This document shows positions 50,123 through 63,465 of a stretch of 64,000 nt of DNA, one piece after another (within the stretch, counting starts at the first letter, position 1; every line of letters starts with the position of its first letter). Origin of the DNA: Podarcis pityusensis (taxonomy: Eukaryota); assembly GCA_964106645.2 (NCBI GenBank), contig OZ067039.1; one strand, given 5' to 3'. A program made the translations under genes and the position numbers. The notes under the pieces are model-generated. The model made no database searches and was not told the DNA's origin. It saw only the letters and a list, made by a program, of their open reading frames with translations.

Positions 50123-50198
50123 GGGAAGAGCCATAGCCATAGTGGTAGAGCATCTGTTTTGTATGCTGAAGGGCCCAGGTTCAATCCTCAACCACTTC
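50123..50198 (+). mobile_element. Squam3-type SINE tRNA head fragment
   Basis: CCATAGCCATAGTGGTAGAGCATCTGTTTTGTATGCTGAAGGGCCCAGGTTCAATCC. Confidence 0.7.
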
Positions 50199-51994
50199 AC
50201 AATGTCATCACCTGCAGACCTGCCCCAAGAACTCTCCAGGCTGGAGAAAGGCATCAGAGTTGCATGCTGAACTTCCCCTTGCCACCTTTTAAGTTGACCC
50301 AAGTATGAGAATCAGCACCTGGAACCATTGGACAGCACCCAGGGCTCCAGTGCCTTCACAGTGTCCACCACTGTCTGCACTGGAGCTCCCCATGGAAAGC
50401 AATCCTGATGCCTGCACTCCAAGCAGCCTGGAGCAAGTGGGTCTAGCTATCATTCAAATTTCCCACAATGCCTCTTACACAATGTAGCTCTGGGAAACTT
50501 TGAGAATAAAATGGTGGCTGTTTAGGGAGATGGTGCCTGCTCCCAGGTAAGGATGCTAGGGCCCGTTGATGGAGGAGAGGGCCTACTGATGGGCATTTTG
50601 CACAGCATCCTCTCAAATCTGGACAGATGGAAAATGATTGGTTTTGCAAGCAGGATAGCTGCTTATCATTACTGGACGGTCTGATTCAGTCAAGGTAACT
50701 TGTACCACTGCAGTTAAACTACTAATGTGGGTAAGTGAGGCAGAGCCTTCTGCAAGGCAAAAAAGCAGAAGAAGCCTAGCTATATTTAACCCATTGGTAG
50801 CAGAAAAGCCATGTACCTAGTGGGTTTCACCAGCTTTCAGTACAGTAGGAAAAGGCAGCACAGGACCAATTTATAGGGCAATGAGCATGAATAGGGAACA
50901 GGATTGCCAGTCTGCTGGATAGAATCATAGAATTGTAGAGTTGGAAGGGACCCCAAGGTTCATCTAGTCCAACTCCCTGCAACACAAGAATCTCAGCTAA
51001 AGCATCCATGGCAGATTGATCTGGCCCTTTAGTCTGATCTGATGCTACCTCTCACTGTATTCTCTAAATATCAGACCAGGGACCTTGTTTTAGCTCTGCA
51101 CCCACTGTCCTATATCTTTTTCTCAGCTCTACAAGTATCTCCCCTCCCCTCACTCACCCAGGCAGCCCCTTCAAGATCTCAAAGCTTTATGCCTTTTAAA
51201 AGTTATTGCAGTATTATCCCAAATAAGCAGGATGGTATGTGTGCTGTTTTTTTTTTTATTAAAAAAACAACACTTTTTTGAAATTGTGCTTGATTGAAGA
51301 CGCTTGGGAGAAGATTAAGTGAAGTGGTGTTTCACTACAGTCAGCTTTGAGCTTTCCGAGATAAGAGGACAGGTTCATGGCATGAGGGGTCTATAATTTA
51401 TACTGTGCGACATTAAGCCTTGGAAGAAGCCGGCCCGGCTTCAGAGTGGATCTCACTGTGGTTTGGAATGTTTCTCATAGACTCAAAGAACAGGGAGCCC
51501 ATCAAAGTGAAAGACAGGGTGATGAAGTCGCAACCCCCCCCCCCACTTTCCCTTGAAAATTTGTCTAAAGACCCACAAAGAGAACTAGAAAAGTGGTAAA
51601 CAAAAACAGATGCAGCTGGGCTCTGCTTCTTTTTGAAAAGGTACCAAACCAAGCAGGAAATTATGAAGTACAGATTCCACCATGACTGTTTTGCCATATC
51701 CACACTGCTTCTGTGGACTTCACTCCCAGGGAACTAGATATGGACTTAGGATGGCTGCAATGATCCCTAGCACCACAATGACTGCAGATGGGGAGGGAGT
51801 TGGATGGAATTTATTTATTTAAAAGAAAACATGAGGGAGGGGCTTCTCTGTGGTTGCACCCAGAATCTGGAATTCTCTTTCTCCCTCTTTAATAGCCTTC
51901 TGTCATGATGTTAAAACAAGAAAGTTAGAACGGGCTTTTAAAGGCCTGACCCAGGCCTTTCTATTATTGTGTTTTATATTACAGTGTATATATA

Positions 51995-52236
51995 CAGTGG
52001 TACCTCGGGTTAAGTACTTAATTCGTTCCGGAGGTCCGTTCTTAACCTGAAACTGTTCTTAACCTGAAGCACCACTTTAGCTAAAGGGGCCTCCTGCTGC
52101 TGCCGCACCGCTGGAGCACAATTTCTGTTCTCATCCTGAAGCAAAGTTCTTAACCTGAAGAACTATTTCTGGGTTAGCGGAGTCTGTAACCTGAAGCGTA
52201 TGTAACCTGAAGCGTATGTAGCCTGAGGTACCACTG
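51995..52236 (-). mobile_element. Tigger/pogo-like MITE (242 bp), copy 2
   Basis: TIRs CAGTGGTACCTCGGGTTA / TAGCCTGAGGTACCACTG; TA TSD. Confidence 0.93.
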
Positions 52237-52304
52237 TATTGTATATTACAGTACATATATAACAATATATTGTGTTTTATATTACAGTATAAAACACAAA
52301 CTAC

Positions 52305-52628
52305 ATAATAAAAATAAGAACAGAAACAAACCAATAACCCCCCTTCAACAACACATTTAAAAGGGCATCAAATGTCAAGCAACCGAAGGCCTGGTTAAAG
52401 AGGAAAGGTTTTGCATGGCGCCTAAATGAAGGCACCAGATGACCCTTCCAGGGAGAGCATTCCACAAATGGGGTGCCACTGCAGAAAAGGCCCGTTCTCA
52501 TGTTGCCACCCTCTAGACCTCTTGTGGAGGAGGCATACCGGGAAGGGCCTCAGAGGATGATCTCAGGGTTCAGGTAGGTTTATATGGAGAGAGGTGGTCC
52601 TTGGGGTATTGTGGTCCTGAGCTGTTTT
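52305..52628 (-). mobile_element. Older L2-clade LINE 3' fragment
   Basis: Minus strand encodes ATxERAFSAVAPHLWNALP..SFRRHAKPFLFNQAF-like L2 C-terminus. Confidence 0.75.
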
Positions 52629-53602
52629 AGAAGAAGAGGATTGTTCATCAGAGCAAGGCCCTTGGTTTGCATCGTAGCCAGATATCATCCTGTCAGTCCA
52701 CATCAGAAAGGAAGTGTGGACAACAAGTTACCCACAGAAGTTCTTCATCACCAAATTCAGAGATTACTCTATTCTCCCCCATCTACAATGAGCATACATG
52801 GCATGAGAGGCCTACTGGCTCAATTTAGCTCAATTCAGAAGACAAAAGTGGATGCGTATAGGCTTCTTTGCATTACTTGGTGTATAGTTCATATAAATAT
52901 AAGATCTGTTCACAAAGACTGTTTGAGTAGGTGTAGGGAAGGGAAGGCCAGTTGTTGGTACAATTCCAACCCTCTCCCTGCACATTTCACTCTACATGCT
53001 ACTTTGTGTGTATAGAGGCTCTGTGGCTTTCACACTTCCACAACAGACATTTCTCAGTATGGAGACGGAGTGATAGCTGAGAGCACGTGTTGCATTTTGA
53101 CATGTTACAATGTCACTAATGTCAGTGTCAAGGCACATCTGTTTGAGAGCGCTTGTGGAGGAAGAGAGACCCCCGATTGCCGCTTCTGCTGTTAGTAATT
53201 GTCATTCAGTGATTTGATGTTGTGCATTTTTAATGCACTGTGGTTTTAATGGATTTTACATATTCCTATCTACTTGTTTTTATTGTAAGCCGTCCCCTGT
53301 GGCCTGTGCAAAGGATGGTATATAAATCATTTGCATAAATGAATAAAAGTCAGAGCACCTCAATCAGAGAGAAGGGAGGCAATCTGAACTTCAAGCAAAA
53401 TAACTTTCCTGTGGAAAAATATTTCCTGGTGTGCTGTATGCATGTCAGCACATGTAAATGGGCAAAGTCGTTTCAGTGGCCCCTTGGCAATCTGGGTATA
53501 CTATCAGGAATCCCTTTATTTCTATATGTATTTTTTAAAAACCCACTTAAATACTGGTATCAGATATGCTCTTTTTCAATATAAGTTGGAATCAATGTTA
53601 TA

Positions 53603-53844
53603 CAGTGGTACCTCGGGTTACGAACTTAATTTGTTCCAGATGTCTGTTCTTAAACTGAGACCGTTCTTAACCTGAGGTGCATTTTCGCTAATGGGGCCTC
53701 CTGCTGATGCTGCACTGCTGGCGCGCGATTTCCGTTCTCATCCTGGGGCAAAGTTCGCAACCCGGAGCAACTACTTCCGGGTTAGCGGAGTTCATAACTC
53801 GAAGCGTTTGTAACCTGAAGTGTTTGCAACCTGAGGTACCGCTG
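53603..53844 (-). mobile_element. Tigger/pogo-like MITE (242 bp), copy 3 (more diverged variant)
   Basis: TIRs CAGTGGTACCTCGGGTTA / CAACCTGAGGTACCGCTG; TA TSD. Confidence 0.92.
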
Positions 53845-54055
53845 TACCTCGCTTTGATTTATGAACTCTAATCATGCTCCCCATTCAAACCACAGGCATG
53901 CAGTGTTGTGCTGACTTGAATGGTTGTTTTGTATCAAGTATACAGCTAGCTTAATTATTACCTTGCATGACCAGTCACTACTTTATTTCATCAATCTGAT
54001 GATAACATTCTCAAACCTCCAGCTTAACCAGGGCACTTAGTCACAACAGCAACTA

Positions 54056-54328
54056 CAGGCAGACCTCAGCTTACATGGGGGTTACGTTCCAAGGCACCAT
54101 GTGCATTGGTGAAATTGCACATAACTGAAACCCACTGGAAAAGCTTGTGAACACCATATTCCGCCCCTGTCTCCATTCTGCCCTTTTAGTGACGTTTCAG
54201 TGATGTCTTTATGACGTTTCCAGGTCAAGTCCAGGTTTGGCACAATGCATGCACATATTGAACATGCATAAACGAGGTGTCGAACGGACTCCCGGAACAG
54301 ATTAAATTTGAAAACCAATGTACAACTG
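54056..54328. mobile_element. Tigger-like remnant, apparently chimeric
   Basis: TA-CAGGCAGACCTCAGCTTAC left end; right end ..CCGGAACAGATTAAATTTGAAAACCAATGTACAACTG-TA resembles the 32038-32256 family. Confidence 0.6.
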
Positions 54329-55030
54329 TAGTACAGAAAGCACGAGGCTATGAAAGCTTAAGGAAGGCCTTGCATATAATTGATTCTGGCATACACTTTC
54401 CAGGATGAAGGGCACCAGCAGAGCAGTGGAAGGGAGCAAGAACTTTTCAAGCAGTGGGTACTAGCATACTGCATGTTCACATAAAACTGTGGGACTGGAA
54501 GGCAATGCAACTAATCACAGTTTGCTTTTAACTATGGTTTAATGTGAAGTGTAGGCCCGGCCATTGTTTCTGAACTTCATAGGACTAGATAGGGCCTCTA
54601 ACAGGAGCAGGCAATTCTGCACGAGGTGTGGAATAAGCCCACTGGTTCAGGACAACAAAGAAGAACTGTGCCCTCTGTTACCATGTGCCCCGCTCTATAA
54701 CATTTCCCCACTAATCAGATTTATATCTATTTCTCCTCCATCTGTTTTTCACCCAGGTTTTTATGGCATTTCTTTCCTGCCAATTACCTGTATCAATTAT
54801 CTGTCCTGCAACACACCATGCCTGTAATGAAATATGGGACTGCCATCTTGGCCTTTCCAGACCCAATGCAGTTAGTCAATTTGATGTTTGTTGCTGAATG
54901 TAACCCTGTTGGGCAGAGCAATGTCTTACAGTTATTCACCTCTTGTTCCCTTCCCTGGAAGCCAGAATGAGTCTGTAGAATGAGCCCCGGAATTGCCGGC
55001 TTTCACACCATAGACAAAAACTAGCATTGT

Positions 55031-55063
<33 letters not shown>
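55031..55063. repeat. (GTA)n microsatellite abutting an L2 (TTA)n tail
   Basis: Direct inspection. Confidence 0.95.
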
Positions 55064-55066
55064 ATA

Positions 55067-55109
<43 letters not shown>

Positions 55110-55471
55110 TATACCCCGCCCATCTGGCTGGGCTTCCCCAGCCACTCTGGGCGGCTTCCCAAAAAATATTAAAATACAGTAACGCATCAAACATTAAAAG
55201 TTTCCCTATACAGGGCTGCCTTCAGATGTCTTCTAAAAGTCTGGTAGTTGTTCTCTTTGACATCTGGTGGAAGGGCATTCCACAGGGTGGGTGCCACTAC
55301 TGAGAAGGCTCTCTGCCTGGTTCCCTGTAACTTGGCTTCTCGCAGTGAGGGAACCGCCAGAAGACCCTCGGCACTGGACCTCAGTGTCCGGGTAGAACGA
55401 TGGGGGTGGAGACGCTCCTTCAGATATACTGGACCGAGGCTGTTTAGGGCTTTAAAGGTCAACACCAACAC
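55067..55471 (-). mobile_element. L2-clade LINE 3' fragment
   Basis: VLVLTFKALNSLGPVYLKERLHPHRSTRTLRSSAEGLLAVPSLREAKLQGTRQRAFSVVAPTLWNALP; (TAA)n tail. Confidence 0.95.
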
Positions 55472-57152
55472 TATATGTGTGTCAGTGTGTTTTCCACTTG
55501 TTTTCCACTTCCATTTGTTTGGAAGAAATGGCCCAGTGTGCTCTTGTGCCTTTAAGAACAGCTTGATGCTGAAGTCAGTAGGTGAAGTTTTTCACAGCAC
55601 GGAGACATGCATCACTATCTGCCAGGATGTGCAGATCAAGCTGCTGTTCAAGCCACAGCTACAGCGGCCGATCAAAAAGTTGGCATACCCATTTCAAATG
55701 CAAGAAGAGGCCTTGGACTGGAGCGGAACAGAACACGCTGCCAAAACATCTTCGCTTCCCATCTGACCACACAATTCTTGAATTGCTACAGTAAGGCTCT
55801 GTTACATGTGCAGAAAAGAAATACTGTTACAACAATTATTTATACCTCCATAAATCTTCATTCTCCCCCACTCCTACCCTTCACCCCTTCCTGGCCTAAA
55901 AAAGATAAATAGGTCTTCTTGGCTCCAGAACCTGAAGTTTCTCTTTGGTTTGGTCAGAGTCCCTGATACATTTTGCTCCCATTACTTTTTTATTCCCCTT
56001 TCTTGCCCGGCACACAAGAAGGGGCAGGAGAATTTAAAAGCAGTTAATCATCCATCTGAAATGGAAGATAAGCACTTTACGTTTATTGCAACTTTCAGGT
56101 GCAGGATCACTTTACTCCTTTTGACTATGATCTGATGCATTTGATCTTTCTGTTTAATGCCTGCTTCCACCATTAACTTCTTAACTTCTGCAGGCTACTG
56201 TGCTTTGATATGAAACACACAGACACACACACACACGAGTTCATTTTCCGTACTTCAGAGCTTCAATTTGAAAGGGCCATTTCAGTTGTCATTTTAAAAA
56301 GATACACACACACACACACACACACACAACCCTTGCCCCCAGTGTATATACACATTGTTCATAATAAGCCTCTGAAAGCTTGGAATTAAGACCTCTTCCC
56401 TTTGCAAAAGTGTCCTTTTCCGTTTCGCATGAACCACCACCTCCTCCTCCTTTTTTTCTAGGAGAAGGAACAGCGGGAGTAAGAACAAATTTGACCAATG
56501 TTTTCTTAGGATTTCTACCTGATTTTCTGTTAGGGCGGAACAAAAATACTTTATTATTCTTGGGAAATGAAGAGAGAAGTAGAGAGTAAGTCTCTGGCCA
56601 GCAAATTTCCTCATAATTTTAGAGTTCTGGCAGCAGCAGAAAGCCCACTCCTCTTTCCTTTGTAAATTGGGGCATTTCAGACCATAAATCTCATACGTAC
56701 CCCTTCGATAAGATGAGAGAGTTTTAAGAAGAAAGAAAGAGAACCCCACTGGTTCTGCAAGAGGAAACAGCAATTTACGGTTGGGATCTGCCATTTACAA
56801 ATGATGTTACAGGACTTGTAGATAAATAGGCCCTGGCTACTTATGAGCGGTTCAAAGAAGCAGTGAGAAGTACGAAGGCAGCCAGCCAGCCCAGCAAAGG
56901 ATATCGAAGTCGAATCTGGGCTTTTAACCAAGTTTATTTAGCTTTCCAAAACACACACACATACACACAAACACAACACAGAGTAAGAAAGGTAGTAAGA
57001 AAATAGACATTTTCTGGCACATGACTTCCCCCAAAATAATAGCAGGAGCTGCAGACCTCCAATTCCCAGCACCTTTAACTAACTACTGTTCAAGGGGTTT
57101 GTGTGTGTGTGTGTGTGTGTGTGATGTGCTTTAAAGGTCTGATGTGGCTACA

Positions 57153-57394
57153 CAGTGGTACCTCAGGTTAAGTACTTAATTCATTCCGGAGGTCTGTGCT
57201 TAACCTGAAACTGTTCTTAACCTGAAGCACCACTTTAGCTAATGGGGCCTCCTGCTGCTGCCGTGCCGCCGGAGCAAGATTTCTGTTCTTATCCTGAAGC
57301 AAAGTTCTTAACCTGAAGCATTATTTCTGGGTTAGCAGAGTCTGTAACCTGAAGCGTATGTAACCTGAAGCATATGTAACCCGAGGTACCACTG
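57153..57394 (-). mobile_element. Tigger/pogo-like MITE (242 bp), copy 4
   Basis: TIRs CAGTGGTACCTCAGGTTA / TAACCCGAGGTACCACTG; right TA intact, left flank CA. Confidence 0.93.
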
Positions 57395-59065
57395 TATTTA
57401 AAGGAGCCTAAGTCAGGAACCACTCAGCATCTGATTTCTCAGAGAAGCCTGATTTTCCGTTGCGGCAAAATCAACAGTCTCGTCACACCTTAGCAGTTGG
57501 AAAAGGGTGGTTCCATAAGCTAGAACCCACTTTGGCTGATGCATGAAGTGTTATCCTAAATTGGTAGACATACCCATGAATAGCGGGGCCAAAAAACCAA
57601 AAGCAGCAAGAAGTACAAGAAGATGTATGTGTATGACAACATACTATTGAGGTCGTTCAGGGCTCCTGCTCCTCTAATTAAAAACTTCCTGCTTACAAGT
57701 CCTGGCCTCTTTTTTGTTGTCCCCTTTTGAGCCTGGTAGCAGAATTACTGATGACAGCCTGGTTCATTGCCCCTTGAATATCCTCTCCTAGTTGTTCTTT
57801 ATTCTCCTTGCTATCCCAGTTGGGGATAACTGTCTTGGATCTGGATTGATTTTATGTATGCGTTGTTGCTGTTTTAAACTGTTTTCATATTGATAATTGT
57901 TTTCTTAATTGGTTTTACACATGCAATTGTTGTAACTGTTTTTATATATGTCATTATAAATGACACATATAAAAACTGTATATGACTGTAAAGAGCTTTG
58001 GAGTTCCTCATGAGAAGTAATTCATTAATGAAATAAATAAATATCGATGGCAATAATTTTCTGTGGAAGGGGGAAGCTTATTTCTTCCCATTATTTCCTT
58101 TTCTTTTCAGTTTTACATAGCATGTAATTAAGGGGCATAACCTGCAAGCAATAAACTTTCAATTTATGTTGGATCTTTGCTGAATGGGACTTATAGCTGA
58201 GTATTGTGGCCAAAGGGAAGGTCAGTGCTGGATAACTTAGCAATATTTTAATTCTACTTCCCATGGAGTGAAGAAAGGCAAGACCCTAACACAGTGCCAA
58301 AGGACTCTAGTATGGAAGTAACCTTAAAGTCTGTGCAGCCACAGCATTCTGGGATAGGATAAGGAGTGTTACCCATTTCTGATGTGGCTGTGATATTTTG
58401 GGACAATGGACAACTCGGATATAGAAGCACCTACCCAATAAGGGATATGTGGCAACCTTGCTGGCATATAGATTCATCAATCCACATCACACATACAAAT
58501 CAATTCATCCCTCCATCCCAGCTTCACTTTCCTTCTTGTGTATAGAAAATTGTGTCCCTGTGATAGGAAATGACTGTTTCGTTCACATTAAGACACCCCC
58601 CAGGACAGATCCATACCTAAGAGAATGCATGTAGAAGCAAAGCAACTTGTCCCCATGCAGCAGATGACAAATGAAAGGAAAGAGCATTCATATATCTATA
58701 TCTATCTATATCTATCTATTTATAACTGAGAGCATGGGATTACAAGCTTTGCCAATTATGAATAAAGCAATCCTACTAGTGTTCATTGTATCAATTTCAA
58801 ATTTTTCATATTGTCAGCTTTCTTGGTTCTAAGTGTGTGTTGAACAGAAAAGCGGTTAACCAGAGCAGACAGATTTAGCTCTCTGCTTCTTTTTCAGCAC
58901 TTCAGCAAACACCAGAGTTGAGTGTTGCAAAAGAATGTACATGCTGGATGGAAAAACCCATGTGAAGTCAGCGGGCGGCCCAGAGCTTGGATGAAGAACT
59001 GTGAGCAGATTGAATGCCTTTGTAGCAGGGATTTATGGTGTGCCAACTCTCCATTCTGATGAAAG

Positions 59066-59069
<4 letters not shown>

Positions 59070-59116
<47 letters not shown>
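59070..59116. repeat. (GA)n microsatellite
   Basis: Direct inspection. Confidence 0.95.
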
Positions 59117-59121
<5 letters not shown>

Positions 59122-59734
59122 GTCATATCATGAGGAATATCTGTTGTTGGTCATTGGGGATTTGATGGCATTCCCCTGCAGAAGTGCAAAGGAATTCCGA
59201 GACAGTCTTTGGGGGCAAAATAGTTGCTTTTGTCCAGCATCACTTTCCATTGTTGGCCATTCTGCCCAGGTGAGACCTTGCTCTGGTTCCAATAAAGTTC
59301 TCACTCTCTTACATCAGCTGTCCGTGGAATTATTGCAGACCCAGTCACCAGGATGTGTGATGTATGTATCTATGCATATAACTCTAAGTGGGTCTGCAAG
59401 AGCTGGTTTCTCTTTCTTCCTTATGCTTGGGTAGGGCCCCTGTCTAAATGTGGACCCTGGAGCTGAAGCAGTGTGAAACAGAGTTCTTTGAGAGTTAGTG
59501 TGCTCCTTATGCTGGGGAGAAATCTTGCCTTCATTCTTTATATCAGCTGTGCCCAGGATTTCTAAATGTGGTTAACTTTGCATCAGGAGAAGAGGGGGCA
59601 TAAAACACTCCCATCAACCATTGTTCACCATCTATCTTGAACTAGATGCAGCCACTACAGGTTGAAGAACACTCTGAGAGGAGGATTCAGACACGGCACA
59701 TATCCTAAGAGAAGAACAAAGACCTCCATTCTAT

Positions 59735-60094
59735 CAGTTTCGGATTTATGTATAAGCTAAACAAGCTATAGCTTAGGGCCCTACTCTCTTGGGGGGCCCA
59801 AAAAAATTAAAGGAAAAAAACAACCTGGATGTACATTTCAAAAATGTAAGCTAAAAAACAAATAAAATAAAACCTACATACAGCAACAGTGGTTTGTGTT
59901 GTATAGGCTCCTACAGGTATTTGTTATGTGCAAATGGCTTTAGATACCTATTAGGTTCATAAATTACCATACAGCATATATTCAACACAAAAAAAAACAG
60001 CGACAATTTGTTGTTGACAAAGGACAGGTGGACATATAAAGGGCCCCATTACCTTCAGTAGCTTAGGGCCTCATCAAACCTAAATCTGGCCCTG
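59735..60094. mobile_element. hAT MITE (360 bp)
   Basis: Perfect 8-bp TSD cattctat (59727-59734, 60095-60102); imperfect TIRs CAGTTTCGGATTTA / TAAATCTGGCCCTG; subterminal TAGCTTAGGGCC repeats. Confidence 0.88.
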
Positions 60095-61482
60095 CATTCT
60101 ATTGTCTTGGAAATGGTCCTACAAGAAAGCTTGACCCAATGAAATGGAGCCTTTCTTTTCAATTGCATTTATTTATAAAAGTGGTCTACAATGAAGGCAC
60201 ATGAAAATAGTTCCTGTTCGAAAAACAAAATAGACCAACACCAAAGTCCAATAACAACAAACCAAATTCTTGGTTTGTAAATGTTTTTTATTGATTTTTT
60301 TGTATTTTGCTTTATGCTTCTTGTACATCACCCTGAGCTCCTGTGGAGGAAGGGTGGTTTAAAGACACTTTAAATAATATTTTGCAGCAGGGATAGGGTA
60401 CCTCTGATCTAAAGTCTACTTTTGGACTCTAACATCCATCAGGAGGATGGGAATTGCAGTCCACAGGTTCTCCACTTCAGTTTTACGGTCAGTAGTATTT
60501 TACCATCCCCTCCCCAACACACAAAAAGTTGAAGTAAGTAGGATTAAATCAATTTTAATTGAAATAGTTTGGTTTATGGGCTGCGCTGTCTTAATCTAAG
60601 GGCCACTTAATCTTGCCTGTATCAAAATCAATGCAAAGAAAGTTTTATATAAACCACATGTGAGAACGATGAATCAAGCCACACCAATTTGGGAATTATA
60701 AACTTTTGTTACAAAGGGTGATGTATCCTTAGCAACATGCATGGCTGGGCCACTGGAACAAATAAGAGAACGATGATAACTTTGCAATTAATCTTTGGAT
60801 CCTTTTTCAGAGCTTCTCTAATTTGTACCAATTAGTCACGTTCCTGCACTTAGGAGACTTGGAGAGCAAGGTTTTTAATATGTTCTTATCTCCCCCTTTC
60901 TGGGACTTCTTTAGGTTTACGGCTATTGTGATCTTTACTGCCCCATTTCTTGTTCGGATTGGAATAATTTGTCATCAGCGGGCAGATAGTTCTTTCACTG
61001 TTCCTATGTTTGAAATAAAAAAGAGCCACTGTTGCTTGGAAGGTTATCTCCGGGGCCTCGCAAAGCAGAGAGCTACTGAATACTTAGAAGTTAAAGATGG
61101 GAAGAAAGCTGCCCTAGTGTGACCCATAAAACCTGAGATACCAGCTTTTTATAGGGAGGGAGGGAGAAGGAGACAGATGCTCTCAGAGCAGTTTTATTCC
61201 ATATGTGGCAGATGAGTACAGCATTCTGATGTAATCCCCCCCCCCATGGGCTTTCTTCTACAGAGAGTCTGGAGGTGGCCCAAAGTGCTGCACAGATCCT
61301 ACAAGGCTCCCTCCAGTAAGGGAGGGAACAGCAAAAGGACATTTTCTCCCCTGTCACCTCCTCACCTTCTGCCCTGGCTGGCCTGATTACCAAGGCTGCA
61401 GGTGTGCTGCTGGCTGTACCACTCTATCAAGCCCTCCTCCTGCCCTCTAGGGATTTGGATTGCAGCCTCAGGTGATCTATGT

Positions 61483-61732
61483 CAGGGGTCAGCAAACCTT
61501 TTCAGCAGGGGGCTGGTCCACCGTCCCTTAGACCATGTGGTGGGCCGGACTATATTTTTTGGGGGGAAATGAATGAACTCCTATGCCCCACAAATAACCC
61601 AGAGATGCATTTTAAATAAAAGCACACATTCTACTCATGTAAAAACATGCTGATTACTGGACCGTCCGTGGGCTGGATTTAGAAGGCAATTGGGCCAGAT
61701 CTAGCCCCCAGGCCTTAGTTTGCCTACCCATG
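61483..61732 (+). mobile_element. hAT (Charlie-like) MITE, copy 2
   Basis: Perfect 8-bp TSD atctatgt; TIRs CAGGGGTCAGCAAAC / GTTTGCCTACCCATG; colinear with 13665-13911. Confidence 0.93.
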
Positions 61733-62029
61733 ATCTATGTGGAGTTCTTGGAACTTAGGAAACGATTCTATGTTAACACTAGGAGCACAATTTTTCCTTC
61801 AATGAGGGTGCAATGGGTGGTGTTCAGTCAAGTTCTACTCAGAGTAGAGCCACTGAAATTAATGACTCTAACTAAGTCATGTTCTTTAATTGCAATGGGT
61901 CTCCTGTGAGTAAAACTTGGGTACCACCCAATGTCTTTGTGCTGAGTAACCCCCAGATTCCTTTCTTGTTTTCCTCCACACTTGGCATGCTCATATGAGT
62001 TGGTGTGTGTCAACATTATACCAAGGCAG

Positions 62030-62155
62030 CAACCTTGGGTTCCTAGATGTTGTTGGACTGCCACTCCCATCATCCCCGAATGCTGCCCCTGATGGCTATG
62101 GATGATGGGAGTAGTAGTCCAACAACGTCTAGGAACTCAAGGTTGAGAAAGGCTG
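62030..62155. mobile_element. Palindromic URR1-like hAT MITE
   Basis: Arms CAACCTTGGGTTCCTAGATGTTGTTGGACTGCCACTCCCATCATCC / GGATGATGGGAGTAGTAGTCCAACAACGTCTAGGAACTCAAGGTTG. Confidence 0.8.
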
Positions 62156-63465
62156 GTCTAAGGAATGGGAAGTCTGTGCCAGCCTCTTCATTGGCAAATT
62201 ACCCAAGCTTCAGAGCATGATACAAATTCCCCCTCCTCCCCCCCAAAAAAGTTAGCTGTTTAACAGATAGCCCTTTGTGTTGCCTGGGAACATGCCTGCC
62301 CGTGTCCACATGCCAAATGGGGGAAGAGGAGAAAACAAGAGTCTGTGACCCATGGAGATCCCACTGCCACCCTCGCACGAGCTGGGATTGCGCCCTACGT
62401 ATTTTCGTTGCTGCATTAAAAGGGCTCCGTTGCTCTTCTGCTGATGCCCTCAATCATTAGCACTCCATCCGCTCTTGGGACCACCAGCTAAATGCATCCC
62501 AAAGCAATCCAAACAAAAACATAGGATGTGCCTGCAGGGTGAGGGGACGTTGCTTCAGGAAAGGTCAGGGAGCCCGGTCACTTTCTTGTGAATGTTGCTG
62601 TTAGGCCCAATCAGCCCTCATTGAAAGGAGGCAGCCGTGTGCATCCCCCTTGGAGAATAAACTTGCGAGGAGTGTGAACAACCGCAGGCTGCCAGCCTTT
62701 CCGCTCTCCCCATCCAGCCCATCCGTCCTCTGCTCTGTCAGGCACAGGGAAAGATGGATGGCGCTTGATGATTTCTGGTCAGGGAGGGGGAGCAAGGGCC
62801 ATCTGTTGCTGACTGGGAACATCTACTGAACAAAGAGGGAATGAGAGGGGAGCTCGGTGACTGTCCCCCCAGGGGAGTGCCAGCACTCATCAATCACCAA
62901 AAGCAGCTCAGCAAGATGCATATGCCTGAGTCAGAGGCCTCGACCAACCCACCAAAACCTGGATATGGGGAATATCTTGTGCAAAGGGATAGTTATCCCT
63001 TCCCTAATATTCTTTAATTGGAATCAATCCATTGGGCTTTCCTAATCTCCACCACCTCCCCAAGTTAGGTGTGTTTAAGCCTATTAATGCAGAAGCCAGT
63101 TAGAAGTGTGCTTTATGAGCTGGCCATAACTTGGGAATGCCTTCTTTCTGACACTCGGTGGTGATGAGGACGGACAAATGTTTGCTGATATGGCAGCAAA
63201 CAACAAATGGGATCGTGTGTGCTTGGCTGCAGGGCAAAGAGCCACCCGTGTTCTGTTTGGAACCACAGTCCAAGGGATGTAGGTATAGAGTAAGGTAGTG
63301 CCACAAGGAGGCATGTTACCAACAGCATCCTCATCGTGGTCCCTTTTGTTCTAAGGAGGCAACAACAAGGAATGAACAATGAATAAAGAGCAATAAGTGA
63401 TGCCTCATTCTCAAATTCTCCCAGAGTAACCTCTGCAATTTGCTGCTGCCTCTACCCTGTTCTAC

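Noticed and set aside
57460-57570. Possible second Penelope pseudo-LTR remnant (also ~6985-7035)
   Set aside because: Only short motif resemblance; no intact hammerhead core or ORF, too decayed to support
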